From the NCBI RefSeq assembly GCF_006345805.1, contig NC_043002.1, positions 38,626,001 through 38,690,000 of the forward strand: DNA of 64,000 nt. The letters run 5' to 3'. The stretch comes from Octopus sinensis (taxonomy: Eukaryota). Shown here in pieces: positions 1 through 13,619 of the stretch. The notes beneath the pieces were generated by a model. That model saw only the letters and a list, made by a program, of their open reading frames with translations. It did not search any database and was not told the DNA's origin. A program made the translations under genes and the position numbers. The first letter of the stretch is position 1. Each line of letters opens with the position of its first letter.

Positions 1-199
1 GTGCATGTGTGTATGCCTGTGTATATGTATGTGTGTGTATGCCTGTGTTTGGTTGTGTGCATGCTTGTGTGTTTGCATGTACGTTGCTTATAATCTCCAG
101 ACTTTCACGAAACGGTTACATAATATATCTGTAAGAGTTGTCAATAACAAACCTTATTCTCTGTAATCTAGTAATGTACGTAGCAAAATGTGTTTATTT

Positions 200-760
200 T
201 CCTTCAGACAACGCCTCGTGTGCAGTAGTCCAAGCGTTCAAATCAAAGAATCTAAGTGTATTTTTCACATCTCAAGGTCTGCATCACACATACCACTCGT
301 ATGGTATATGCCTGATGTTATTATGCATCTCACGTTACACAGTTGTCTGCGACAACTTGGAAAATCGAAGCTTCTCCCCTTCGACATGCTGAGCTTGTTC
401 TTGATGATACCTGGGAGCTACTATGCAAACCCGGTCATCATGACAGCTACGAGTGCTTCATTCAATCGGCCACGGATGACACGCACTCTCTTACCAAAGT
501 GCGACAAATGTTTCTTGACATTGATCCTGAACGCCCAGGAAAATGAAAGTCTTCAAGCGTTGTGGTTGATCGTTTGTGTTACGAGCACGGCATGCCTTTT
601 GATTCCCTATGTCAAAGTAGAATCCGCGGTATTAACACTATCAATCCGCTCAAAGAGATATAAGTAGCATCATGCTTGGTTACCTTCCCTTTATAGTCCA
701 TTAAAGGTACCAGTCTCACCCTGTATAGTTTGTTGCACCCGAATTCAGTGACAGTTGTTG
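200..760 (-). mobile_element. Putative heavily decayed mariner transposase relic (N-terminal half)
   Basis: Stitched minus-strand frames give REGNQA..., DSTLT*GIKRHA, TTLEDFHFPGRS, VRECV and IIKNKLSMSK. These resemble the mariner HTH region (KEG..A, DS.P....KRW, SLEDxPRxGRP, IIHxxLGMRK). There are many stops and frameshifts and no TIR was confirmed. Confidence 0.35.
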
Positions 761-1276
761 ATAGAGGTTTTTTAAACACGCCACAATAAGTTGCTAAAAA
801 CTGCAAGAAAATCCATGTGGGATGTTTCAGACAAATGACACGAAAACACGATCTAAATTGATAATCCAACGAACCGACAACTTAGCCGGTAATTATTGTT
901 AAGCTGTGTATAATACGTATCTAATTCATGGTTCAAGAATTCAAATATGTTATTGGCATTTCATTGTGTTCCCTGTATTGCTTCATATACTCTATATTCT
1001 TCTATATTGCTTAGCGGCAGGGAATAGAAACAATGTCAATAAGAAAATACTTAGACAATACAAACAGATTTACCTTAGGGGGCTTCGACAACCACATTAC
1101 CATCTGATCAGAACTTTAAGTACAAGCCTTGTCCACCTTATAGTTTGTATATCAAATATATACATATCACTCTGCCACTGCGCACATATATATATATATA
1201 TAATATATATATATATATATTATATATATATATATATTATATATATATATATATATTAATATATATATATATATAT

Positions 1277-1338
1277 ATACAAGGCCGATTATCTGCTAAG
1301 TAGCAGAGTGTTATATATATATATTTGGCATAGAAACT

Positions 1339-1386
<48 letters not shown>

Positions 1387-1454
1387 ATATATAGTTTCTA
1401 TGTCAAATATATATACATAACACTCTGAAACTTAGCAGATAATCGGCCTTGTAT
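1277..1454. repeat. Inverted repeat (about 63-bp arms) around a (TA)n spacer
   Basis: 1277-1340 (tacaaggccgattatctgctaagtagcagagtgtt...ttggcatagaaactat) is the reverse complement of 1391-1454 with about 4 mismatches. A partial third copy lies at 1140-1182. Confidence 0.9.
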
Positions 1455-2143
1455 GGTTTAGAGACACATGCTCTCTAAACCAAACATTAGATAATATTGA
1501 CCTGAAACAGATAATGTAGCCAAATTTGGAAGGTTATTGACTAAGGGTGATCTGCGGTTAAACGTTAATAACAGGAACCACAACTTCTGTGGATAGTTAA
1601 TGACGCATGTTCAACATAAACGCGTGAAATGCAAGAAGTACCAGCCAAATCACCTTCGAGTACATCAATACCATATTCACGTACACCAATCATATTAACC
1701 AATCTTGGTGAATAGCTTCTTTACTAAAAAAAATCTACAAAACATAACCGTTATACTCTATATTATCAGATTGAAAACAAGAAGTAACTCCATCAGTCAA
1801 AGCGAATAGAATTTGGCATTCTATTTACGATAAGAAGTGCACACTGTAAGATTTTAGTAAATATTTGATGATATGAGATTTTGTTGATACATATGTTTTA
1901 TACCTTAATATAGTCATAATCAGGATATAAATAGATTTGGTCCTTATGTAAACTGCAAAAACAAATTTCTCAGTAAGTTTCGTGTTTACATTACAAACCT
2001 TTGTTTATTGAATACTGAAGCTAAAATTCTTATTTAATTACTTTCTGGCTACCAATTTAATTACAGTTATGTAAACAATAGCATTACTTTAAACATCAAT
2101 TTACTTTTTTTAAGTCATGGAAACGTGTATAAAAAGTGTGTGC

Positions 2144-2212
<69 letters not shown>

Positions 2213-2267
2213 CACGGGCAGCTGTGAATGTTGGCGTGTGAGCTATTGGAACATAACGTCTGTTTTG

Positions 2268-2432
2268 AAGGGGCATGGCCGAGTGGTTAGAGTGTTGCAT
2301 TCTTTCTTGCGCAAATCTTATCATTTCCAGTTGTTCTGCGAACATTTTGACACCTGACATGTAGCACACTTGTACACCTCTACAAGCAATGTAGACTTGA
2401 TGGAGATACTGAGCTTATGTCTAACACAAACA
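2268..2432 (+). mobile_element. Decayed tRNA-derived SINE (family D)
   Basis: A-box-like ggcatggccgagtggttagag; the body (cacctgacatgtagcacacttgtacacctctaca...) is shared with 16877-17085. Confidence 0.5.
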
Positions 2433-2511
2433 TTTGATCATTCAAAACAAGTCATCTGTACGCAATCCTCAGTCGTTTCCTAACGACGAGAGAGTCTATG
2501 ACATATATATA

Positions 2512-2575
<64 letters not shown>

Positions 2576-3224
2576 ATATATATATATATCTGTGTGTGCG
2601 TGTGTATGTATGTATGAATCAGCAAGTCTCTGCATGTAAGTATGTATTTGTGCCAACAAATACATATATATATATATATATATATAAATTTAACTGTCTT
2701 CTTTCGTTATATCAATGTGATGCTATGTCTTCATATAGCGAATTCACATTCTCTCACAATCTTTCTTCTGCTAATTAACAAGCAAGCCTCTAACTACATA
2801 TTTTAAATTTTACTTCATCATCACGCTAACTAATTTTAAATAACTAGAGTTCATTCTCTCTATCTGCCATCTATTATTAGACCTATAATACCGTTCCTTT
2901 TCTCTTTGACTGTCTATCCAAAATTTCTTATCCATTCAACACCACCATTGCTTTAATTGGATAAACTTTAGATGAAATGTTCTTGCTTAATAACCTGGAA
3001 TTTGCCATCGTTTCTTATTGAGTAATTTATGCTATGTCAATCTAAGTTTCGTTATCGGATACTATTTCCTATTGCTAAAAACTTGGCACTTTTCATTAAG
3101 CATGGCAAGATATTTTCGCTAGCGACACTATTGTAGAAATTAGTAATATACATATAGTCAGATACACACGCACCGACATGCACACATCCGCAGCACACTT
3201 AAATATATAATATATATATGTATA

Positions 3225-3653
<429 letters not shown>

Positions 3654-3668
3654 ATATATATATATATA

Positions 3669-3708
<40 letters not shown>

Positions 3709-3848
3709 TATCATATATTATATATATATATATACATACATATGTACATACATGTATATATACACACATACAGATGAATGTATGCATTTATATACTTATT
3801 CCTAGATAGAAAGATAGGGATATGTGCGTTTATATTGATATATATTTA

Positions 3849-3926
<78 letters not shown>

Positions 3927-4007
3927 CTTCCAGAAATACATATATATACTTTGAAGTGTAAACATAATTATGTGCATTATGTATGTGTGTGTATATGTAA
4001 GTCTTTA

Positions 4008-4170
4008 AAAACTCCTATTGTCGTTGAATGATCGAAATGAGGAGTAGATAGACAGACGACAACCGATAAAGAGTCCTACTCTGTGTTTACTTGTCCTGTT
4101 TTTCCATTCTTTTATTGTTTACGTATTTCTTGTTGTTTGAACCGTTGGTGACGTCCTGTACCCCTATATG
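4008..4170 (+). repeat. 3' fragment of the non-coding repeat found in tandem at 14.3-15.5 kb
   Basis: Shares cgaaatgaggagtagatagacag...ttacttgtcctg...ttggtgacgtcctgtaccc with 14700-14860 and 15340-15494. Confidence 0.75.
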
Positions 4171-4180
4171 CATGTATATG

Positions 4181-4253
<73 letters not shown>

Positions 4254-4465
4254 TAACTAAACGCCATGCATCCATTTCCAAGTAAGTTTATCTTCCCCTT
4301 TTGATGTGACTCAGTTCTCTATACTGTTTGTCAAATTCCGCAGCTGTCGACTTTGCCTTTAACCCTTTGAAGTCATTTAAATAAATGCCAGTGAAACTTT
4401 AGGATCGATGCAACCAACAGGTCCCCTCCTGCCAAATTTCAGGTATTGTGCTTTCTATAGAAAGG

Positions 4466-4475
4466 ATTATTATTA

Positions 4476-4522
<47 letters not shown>

Positions 4523-4542
4523 TTTTTATCATTATTATCATT

Positions 4543-4586
<44 letters not shown>
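4466..4586. repeat. (TTA)n microsatellite, the (TAA)n tail/target of the Dong element
   Basis: Direct reading of the sequence. Confidence 0.95.
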
Positions 4587-5932
4587 GGTCTTTGCACAGC
4601 TTCTAACGCTGGAGATGTGTTACAGAGTCAGCTGTTCAGTACCTCTTATTTTTCGAGCACCTTCCGGAGTATTCGAGTGGTTCCAAGCAGTGCTGTTTTC
4701 TGCAATTGCTCCACCCTTATTGCAGCCCCTATTTGTTCCACGTACTTCTGGAGATTTTTGCTAACTGTTCCGAGGGCACCGACAACTATTGGTACTACTG
4801 CTACCTTTTTCATCGCCCACAACTGCTTAACTTCCCAAGCTAATCTGTTATATCTCTCGACTTATCTTTCTTCCTTATCATATACTTTGTTGTCAGCTGG
4901 GCATGCTATATCTAAGATCCAGCATAGTTTGTTTTCTTTCTCAATTAAGGAACACGAGGAAATTCCAATAACATATTTGAATTCTTGAACCATGAATTAG
5001 ATACGTATTAAGCACTGCTTAAAAATAATTACCGGCTAAAGTGTCCGGCTTCCTATTCTCAATCTCATGGTCGCACTGAATCATAAAATACTATAGGATC
5101 TTTGCATTTCCATTTTCGACGATAACTTCAGGTTTGTGGTCGTACCAATTTTTTGCTCTGTCAAGTCCATACTTGTTGCAAAGTGTCCAATGGACAAGCC
5201 TGGCTTTATTGTCGTGGCGTCTCTTATATTCTTTCTGAGATAGTGGCGTACATTGCCTAGTAATATGCCATACGGTTTCACCGTTTTGTCCAACACATTC
5301 TGCACTTATCACTTTCTGCTGTGTTGTCTATTCTGTGTTTAAGTAGTTTGTTATTGGTGCTTGCTCTTGGGCAGCATAGATTAGAGCCTACGTTTCCGGT
5401 TTTAAATCACATTTAGTCATCCACAGCCATCTTCTTTCTCTGTCTGTCTTATCTTCAACTTCTCTATGAAATTGAACATGCATTCTTTTCTTTACCCACC
5501 TATTTTCAGTTTCATTCCTTTTCAATTTATTGTATAGAGCTTTATCTTTGACCTCTTTCATCATACAAGCCTGACCTTCTTACTTCTAATAACAGCGGTT
5601 CTGTGACATTTCTATGTACCATGCTATGTTGTTTTCTTCTGCTCTAAATTCTCCCCCTTTTTCTTGGTACATACAGTCTGTCTGTGTCACTTTTTGGGTG
5701 GAGTGACCCATATCTAGTTAGCAGCTTCCTTGTCTTTCTGTCTAAGCTCTTTAGTTCGTCTACTGAACATGCAAGTACACCTGCTCAAATATCTAAAGAA
5801 TGAAACCGCCCAGGTGTTGATAGCTTCGATCTTATTCCGTCCATTGAATTTCGACTTTAGAATCAGTCTCAGTCTGCACAAGTACTCCACCTTAAATATT
5901 TCAGTCATTTCTTTCTCCATCAATTTCTCCAT
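4587..5932 (-). mobile_element. 5'-truncated R4/Dong-clade LINE (RT C-terminus, CCHC finger, restriction-like endonuclease), pseudogenised
   Basis: Motifs EYLCRLRLILKSKFNGRNKIEAINTWAVS, CVGQNGETVWHITRQC...EYKRRHD...VHWTLC, KPD...ILDIACPAD and VPIVVGALG...TALLGTTRILRKVL*. A short 3' UTR is followed by (TAA)n, and TAA-type repeats flank both sides. Confidence 0.85.
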
Positions 5933-5966
5933 TTATTATTATTATTATTATTATTATTGTTATCAT

Positions 5967-6007
<41 letters not shown>

Positions 6008-6056
6008 TCATTATTATTACCATTATTATTATTATCATTATTATTATTATTATTAC

Positions 6057-6088
<32 letters not shown>

Positions 6089-6185
6089 TTATAATTATCA
6101 TTATTATTGTTGTTGTTGTTGATGTTATTATCGTCATCATCGTCGTCGTCGTCATGATTCTTATCGTTATCATTATTAATTAAAT
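5933..6185. repeat. Compound (TTA)/(CTA)/(TTG)/(TCG) trinucleotide microsatellite
   Basis: Direct reading of the sequence. Confidence 0.95.
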
Positions 6186-7866
6186 TATTTATTTTATTTT
6201 AACTGATTCGTACTAAATAGACTGTATAATCTACAACGTCGTCTTGATGCTTATTTATTAGATAAAATTTGTTCGTTCGCTAACATCATGTTATTATACA
6301 TAAAATTCAATAGAATTTTCTGGAACAAAAATGAAAGGCAAAACATCGGAAAATTAATAGTTCACTTTCAGAAAAGAGAGCCAACAATCATAAATTTGGA
6401 TTGTGCCAAGAAAATTATAATGTCTCTTGCAAACAAAGAAATCAGTTGAATTGGCATCATTTCGAAGACTTTATTTATTTTATTTTATTTTATTTTGATT
6501 GTGTTGTTTGTTTATTTTAGTTGGAAGTTTTTCTCTTAATATTTTTCTGTGATGAGGTTCTTTGCATTTTCTTTTTGTTTTATGTATTATCGAGTATTTG
6601 CTTTTGTTGTTGTTTGTTTATATATATGAATGTCGATGCCTATGTTTAATACTGAAGTGTATAGCTGTGTACATAAATATGGTTCATGCGTTTCAACGAA
6701 AGTCAGCTTCTTTAAAAATCCAGCCGTCAGCACTTCTGCTAAATTCGTGTTGTCTTCAGATCACAAAAATGCTGTCTCCAGATTAAGGATCTTCAAAATT
6801 TCTACACTGATTACATGAATATCATTTCTTTTTAAATGTAAGATTTCGGCATTGATCAAACCCCTCTCTAAATTCTTTAAACAGTTGTATGACACGCTTC
6901 TAATTATCGGGTAATATGCACATTCCCCTTTAAAACAACAAAGACTTATCTGAAACAAACATCTACGGGCACAAAAGATTTCTACTAACACCATCGCTAA
7001 AGCATGATTCAATACCAATATCTCAATATAATATTATATAAATACCGAAGCAAAAGGGTTAGTCACACTCAGTAATGCAAGAGATTGTGTGAACTGCCTC
7101 GCCTAATCACGTCACGATCATATCTACGCTTACGTTCCGGACTAAAATATAGGTAAATGAGAGTAAAAGACATAATTTCAATGCAATCAACTGCGATAAT
7201 CAAAGAGCTTATTGTACTGATCCAATGTGATCACAGAGTTAAAGTAATCATCTGGTTACGCGGCATCAAGAGTAAAGCAACCTGCAAGTTCGACCAGTTT
7301 GATATCGTTCATTTTTTTCCTCTAATATATTCCTCCTCCTGAATGCCTCATATTTGGGAAGACAATTTACCGAAATCAACAACCTCCTTATTAGAGCCAT
7401 TATGAACGCTATAAGCCCATGTTACACAATGATTATTACAATGGAAGGTATCCCGCTCTTCTATGTATTCGCGAGAAATTGTGTGAAGATATTTAAATGT
7501 GAGCTCTTAAATGCTACATTAGAAAAAATTGCCAGAACATGAAACTTATAGTAATTTGCATTTAAATCCTCTGTTTGAAGGACATTTATATCTCGCTGGA
7601 TGTAGTTTTTTATCATTCCAATAAAGGAAAGGTACACCATATATATGTGTGTATTTGTGTGTGTGTCTTTGTCTGGGTGTGCGCATGTGTGTATACATGT
7701 GTGAGTATACCTGTGTCTATGTCTATGCGTGTATACATAGATATTTATATGTCACAACTTTCCAGTATGAAAATATTTTTCTTCCTGCAATAAATCGTGG
7801 AACTCTGAGAAAAAATAAAGGCGCTGCTCCTTCATCTTTATGAATATCTGAATAAATAAAGAATAA

Positions 7867-7915
<49 letters not shown>

Positions 7916-8411
7916 AAGTGTGTTATGTGAGTGTATGTTTATGTGAGTGTGTATGAGTGCGTGCAGATATATGAAGTGCTTTTGGTCAGAATATTGATAG
8001 TCATCGCATACTATTTTATTGGATCATGTGTAATATACATATACTTTATTGTTGTTGTTGTTGTCGTTGTTGCATAAGGCCTGCAAAACTGTGAAAAAAA
8101 TGTTCCTTTGCTTCAGCTAACCGTCCCAGTACACACACACACAAAGTGTATGTGTATGTATATATATATATATATATATATATACAGAGGGAGAGACAGA
8201 GAGAGAAGGACAGCGTGAGAGAGAGAGAGAGAGTAAGTGAGATTCAGGTAGACAGACAGAAAAATAGTGAGACAGGCGGACGGCCGGTCGGACGGACAGA
8301 CGGACAGACGGATGGATGGATGTATATGTAATGGATTTCGACAAAAGAGAAACACTAACTTTTATTTAACTACTTTCTCTATAGGACAAATTGAAAACTC
8401 ATCTAATCTAC

Positions 8412-8456
<45 letters not shown>

Positions 8457-8468
8457 TATATATATATA

Positions 8469-9671
8469 CGGCGTAGGGCAGAGAGGACGGACATTTTTGA
8501 AAAATTCACAAAATCATAACTTTTTAGCTGCAAACAAATTTTATTGACATCAATGTGTTTTTATTGAATTAGCATTTGTCAGAGTCAAGTGTGAAAAACA
8601 ACATCCATCATGTAGTGTCCGTTTTCATTGATGCATTTCTGAAAGCGTTCTTGGAAGTTGGCCTCCACTCTCATCAGCATTACTCTGTCGATCTGAGCGA
8701 CTTCCACGCGAATAGCTTCCTTCAAATCGTCCAATGTACGCGGTTTATGCACACATCCATGTGCCTTAAGATTTTCCCACAAGAAATAATCACATGGTCA
8801 AATCAGGAGACCGAGGGAACCAAGGAATGTCAGCAAACCTGGAAATGAGGCGGTAACCGAAGAGAGGGCGAAGAACACCCATTTTCTTCCTACTCTGGCT
8901 GTGTGGACCGTCACACCATCCTGCAGAAAGCATACACGTCGAATAGGCATACGTTTTCATCGTAATTCAGGCACAATGAAGTTGCTTATCATCTCGATAT
9001 AACGCTCAGAGTTCACAGTAACAGCATAATTGTCTTTAAAAAAGTATGGGCCAAAGACAGCAGCTTTTCCAACACCACACCAGATCGTGCAGTTCTCTCG
9101 GATTTTCAAGAGTCCCATAACGACAGTTCTGTAGATTCACCATGCCACTAAGATGAAAATAAGCTTCATCACTTATTAAGAAAATGAGGTTGTCATTTGC
9201 CTCAAAGATTTTTTTTCTATCTGACGTGCGAAATTAAACTATTGTGCATAGTCCCACGTTTCAATTGTTGCCTAATGACTAATTTGTACGGGTGGAAATG
9301 CGTTCCACATTTTTTCACCTCCGTACAGTTCGTGGACCCTCCACGGGTCTCCTATTCATTAAATTACCTCGTGTACAAAGTGCATTCAGCCAACGTAAGA
9401 GTGTGTTACGGGTGGGAACAGCCTGATTTCGGTGAATGTTGAAGTGACGCCGAAACTCACGCTGAACTATTGTGACAGATTCGTTATTTTTCACATAACT
9501 ACCGTAGGCAAACCCGCAATGCTCTATCGTCCACAGAACCATGGCTTCAGCTGAAAAGAAAAACAAAATGCTAAGACACCACGGACCGAATGGTACCTGT
9601 CGGACATATATCTCTCCCTGGGGCTGAGCAATAGCCATATCAGAAACGTCCGTCCTCTCTGCGCTACCCTG
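8469..9671 (-). mobile_element. Tc1/mariner superfamily transposon, DD41D (rosa/Visitor)-type, with TIRs; defective transposase
   Basis: About 32-bp imperfect TIRs (cggcgtagggcagagaggacggacattttga / tcagaaacgtccgtcctctctgcgctaccctg) with TA on both sides. The transposase runs from 9542 to 8585 with MVLWTIEH..VQREFRRHF, SDEAYFHL, QDG and WFPRSPDLT.xDYFLW. D-D spacing is about 41 after correcting frameshifts. An internal deletion lies between NVERI and FHPYK. Confidence 0.85.
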
Positions 9672-9779
9672 TATATATGATCATTGGCAGTGTGCCTTGT
9701 ACTTCACGATATAACTGCCCGATTCTTTATCTCTTTTTCTTTGCAGATAACTATATTTAGATAAGTGGAATGTGTAACC

Positions 9780-10290
9780 TATAATTACAAAAAGAACACA
9801 TTGTTGGAGAGCGTATGACTGGAAATTTATTCATCAAAAACGCGCAATTGTGTAATGTTTTGGAAAGTATAGTTTCTAAAGATATGTTGGCATTCCAAAA
9901 CCAAAGTGAAACCAGCTTTAGCCAGAAAGCAGAGCTCTTACATAGGAACTGTAGGAAAGTTAAACAGATTGTGTCTAAAAACCATAGAATTTTAGCGGAA
10001 AATTGACAGCAGAGCTAAACCATCACCTTGTCAACCCTATGTCAAACAAAACCAGTCATTAAGAGCTACATAAAAAAACCCGATATCAAGGGATGGCTGC
10101 AAATTGCTAAACATCTTGTCTTCCACCATCAACGTTGATAAGCGGACAATATGGAATCTAGACTATAAGAAATGATCAACGCAGCAATTTCATCTTTCTG
10201 ACAAATCGTCATTCCCCTTTCTCCCAACTTCGGGACGACTTTAAGTCTGGAAACAACTCAAAGAATGTTTCAAATTTGAATATATGACAT
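9780..10290 (+). mobile_element. Tc1 (DD34E-type) transposase relic, N-terminal half
   Basis: Frames give KQIVSKNHR..AxKLTAELNHHLVNPMS.KT..*ELHK...G...IAKHL and FSDKSSF..PTSGR.*VWK, typical of Tc1 HTH and first catalytic D regions. Confidence 0.7.
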
Positions 10291-10689
10291 CGTTCTCTGT
10301 AGCTTTTTCATCCTACATATATGCAAATATCAATTTTTATGCTTTTTTGTTTTGTTGTTTTGTTGCATCATTAAGTAGATCTGTTTGACTAATGTGCATT
10401 ACTGGATGGACCTGAGATCGAATCTTTGAAAAACCTGTGAAGTTTACCAAGTATAATATTTTTTTATTTCTACTTATATTTATGGTTATTTATGGTTATC
10501 TATATTTATAGATACGTTAACGTCATATATACATTATTATCCTTCATTTAATTTGATCCTAATATATATATATATATATATAAAATCGCAAATATAATTC
10601 AATGATAAATATCAAAATAATATGTTGTTGAGCCTTTCTTCGCCCTTGCCCTCTTAATTACCGATGAAATTCTAGAAGCATGTAATAAT

Positions 10690-10890
10690 TCTTTCTAATA
10701 TTAACACATGGCCAGCAATTTTGAGAGGAAAGTCAAATCATTGACATTAACTCCAGTATTTTACTGGTATATATTTTACCGACCCCGTGCCGATGAAAAG
10801 CAAAGCCGACTGTAGCAAAATTTGAGCTCAGAACGTAAAACCTGAAAATACTGCTAAGCATATTTCTGGCATGCTAACGATTCTGCTAGC
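10690..10890 (-). mobile_element. tRNA-derived SINE family E (decayed)
   Basis: Minus strand gctagcagaatcgttagcatgcc...ttctgagctcaaatttt; homologous to 49240-49415 and 63787-63900. Confidence 0.7.
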
Positions 10891-11177
10891 CCTCATTCTC
10901 AGGAAAGAACCAGTTCCAGTACTGATATTTTAAATCCTAGTCCCGAAAGAATTTTTGATCTGCGCATGATTTAATCACCAAAATCTGAAGAGTATAATAA
11001 AAACCATCCGATACAATACCAATGATTTTGCCAGTACTCCACCTGAGTCAATTTGTAGTAAAATAACTAATCAAAGCATGCTTTTATTATTACCCGTTAG
11101 AGTACAGTGAAATTTAGATGTAATATCCTTATAAAGCTTAATATAAGAGAGGAAGAACAAATATATACGTATAATGT

Positions 11178-11550
11178 AGACGTAGGTGTGACTGTGTGAT
11201 AAGAAGTTTACTTCCTAACCACATGGTTTTTGGTTCAGTTCCACGGCGTGGCACCTTGGGCATGTGTCTTCTACTATAGCTTCGGGCTAACCAAAGCCTT
11301 GTTAGTAGAATTGATAGACAGAAACTGAAAGAGGTGTGTATGTGTATGAGTGTGTGTGTATCTGTCCCACCACTGCCACTTGACAACCGGTGTTGGTGCG
11401 TTTATGTCCATAAGACTTAGCCGTTCTGCAACAGAAACCGACGGAAAGATTTTAAGCTTTAAATGACAAGTATTGTATTCGGTTCGTTTGATTAAAATGC
11501 TTCAACGTGGTACCCAGTATTTCTGAAGTTAAATGACTGAAACAATCAAA
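11178..11550 (+). mobile_element. tRNA-derived SINE family B (possibly Ceph-domain type)
   Basis: Head gtaggtgtgactgtgtgataag...ggttcagttccac, core caccttgggcatgtgtcttctactatagc...agacagaaactgaaaga, internal (TG)n, tail aaatgactgaaacaa. Homologous to 17091-17514. Confidence 0.8.
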
Positions 11551-12439
11551 TTTAATTTATTTAGAAGTAAATTAATGCACTGAATTAATTATACAAGGGA
11601 TTAGAATATTTTTTAAGATTTGTTGCTTTGTAATTTTACTTGAAAAGAATTTAAGCATAATTGCCGACAATACTTTTTGTTTATCCATGCGAATTGCTTT
11701 GCGTGACTCTGTGAATTATTATATCACATCCTCAGGTGTGCACGCACATTACATTGGAATCTTCTTATATTCATTCACAACAAAATATTTATTAAAAAAA
11801 CAATTTTATATAACATTTTTTATCATAATATATTTCATCAGTTGATTATCAGATGACTCCCGCCTTTAAAGTTTCATGGACGATTGAAATATATATATAT
11901 ATATAAACATCTCTTGTATATATTGAAATATATATATATATATATATATATACATCTCTTTTCATACTCATGGTAGCTGTAGTAGTGATACCACTTTTAT
12001 TTATCTTTTTTTCTTTACTACTTTATATATGAAGCATAATCGTTCGTTGTAGATTCAATAGTTTTGACTTGAAAAATATTATTACACAAAATTTTCACAC
12101 CTCAGTTCGCATAAAAAAAAATCTATACAGAATCTAGTATTGCTCTCATGACAATGGACGTAAAATAAAAATTGTAAAAAAAAATCTAGAAGCTTTCAAA
12201 CAAATAGACGTAAAAAATATAGACCTACGCTACGTTTACATAACACATCAATATGAAAAAAACATACTCAAAAACCCAAACCAGTCGGAGAATAAAAGCA
12301 TCTATTCGTTTTGTGATTAAATACATATGATTCAGGTTCTAAGAAACGTGTCTCTTATGTCGCATGCATTGCTCCCAAAATGTTCAGTTTTACATTATTT
12401 CGGTAATTTTACTTCATTTCACAGATGCCAGAAACGTCC

Positions 12440-12524
<85 letters not shown>

Positions 12525-12660
12525 TGTGGTTCACATTAAACTCCTGTGCAACCTGCGAAGGGCTATAATATAATATAAAGAGCAAGACAATAATGAGACA
12601 CAAGAATAAGGTTTTTTCCCTTATCTCACACACACCTATGTGTATTTGTGTGTGTGTGTT

Positions 12661-12710
<50 letters not shown>

Positions 12711-12714
12711 CATA

Positions 12715-13397
12715 AACAGGATTAGAGATTGTATTAACCTCATGAAGGGATGACTTTATCCAAGGAAATACTGGTTCATTACCTAGTATTTGGGGGGAAA
12801 CTAATTTCTTCAAAATAATACAGACATATATGTCAATATAAATATATATTTTATATTCATATAAAAGAATAAAATGAAAATGGAGATTGGAAAGTTAATA
12901 TTTTTTTTATTAACAGCAAATTAATCATCATCCCTTACTGCTGTTTCAATCAATACTCAGTAAATGTTAAGTAAAATTCAATTTATATAACCTGAGCATA
13001 ATATCTACAAAGGGAAAAATATACCCCTGTATGTCTTAAACATTCAAGTGTATACTTTTTTCCCTCTTAAGATATTGTTTTAAAACATCCAACGGTATAT
13101 ATGTTTTCCGTCTGAAGATATTATGGTCATGACATATAAATTTAATTTTACTTACTTAATATTTACTGATTATTAATTAAAACAGTTATATCAGAGGTTA
13201 ATAATAAATAATTATTAACCACCCGATTCCCATTTTCGTCTTCTTTTTTTATGAATATAAACTAGATGTTTATATATATACCTATTATTTTAACGAAATT
13301 AATTCCCTCCAAGTACTAGGTATTGAACGCGTATTACCTCGGATGAAACTAACCCTTCATGAGTTTAACACACGCAACTTTTAATCGAATTTAAGAA
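12715..13397. mobile_element. Probable MITE with about 90-100 bp imperfect TIRs, inside a (TA)n tract
   Basis: 12730-12820 (gtattaacctcatgaaggg...tacctagtatttggggggaaactaatttcttcaaaataata) is roughly 75-80% identical to the reverse complement of 13280-13372. The interior is non-coding and AT-rich, with (TA)n on both flanks. Confidence 0.55.
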
Positions 13398-13433
<36 letters not shown>

Positions 13434-13619
13434 CAGCTGTCCTTCAGTTTTCCGAAGCCCTATACAAGAATTCCAACCAGGCCTTTCGCTAGACCCTTGA
13501 AGGCAGGGACTTTTCAGCGCCCCTCGTGTATATATAGATAGGTATAGACATAGATATAGTGTCTGTGTAGTGGGGGGCGTTTGGGCTACACTTGACGATT
13601 TTTACGTGTCCTTTTCTTA

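Noticed and set aside
6650-6800. CTGAAGA...GAAAC on the minus strand, and an NLAEVL similarity to Helitron helicase
   Set aside because: There is no NUH cleavage triplet or stem III, and the peptide similarity is too short.
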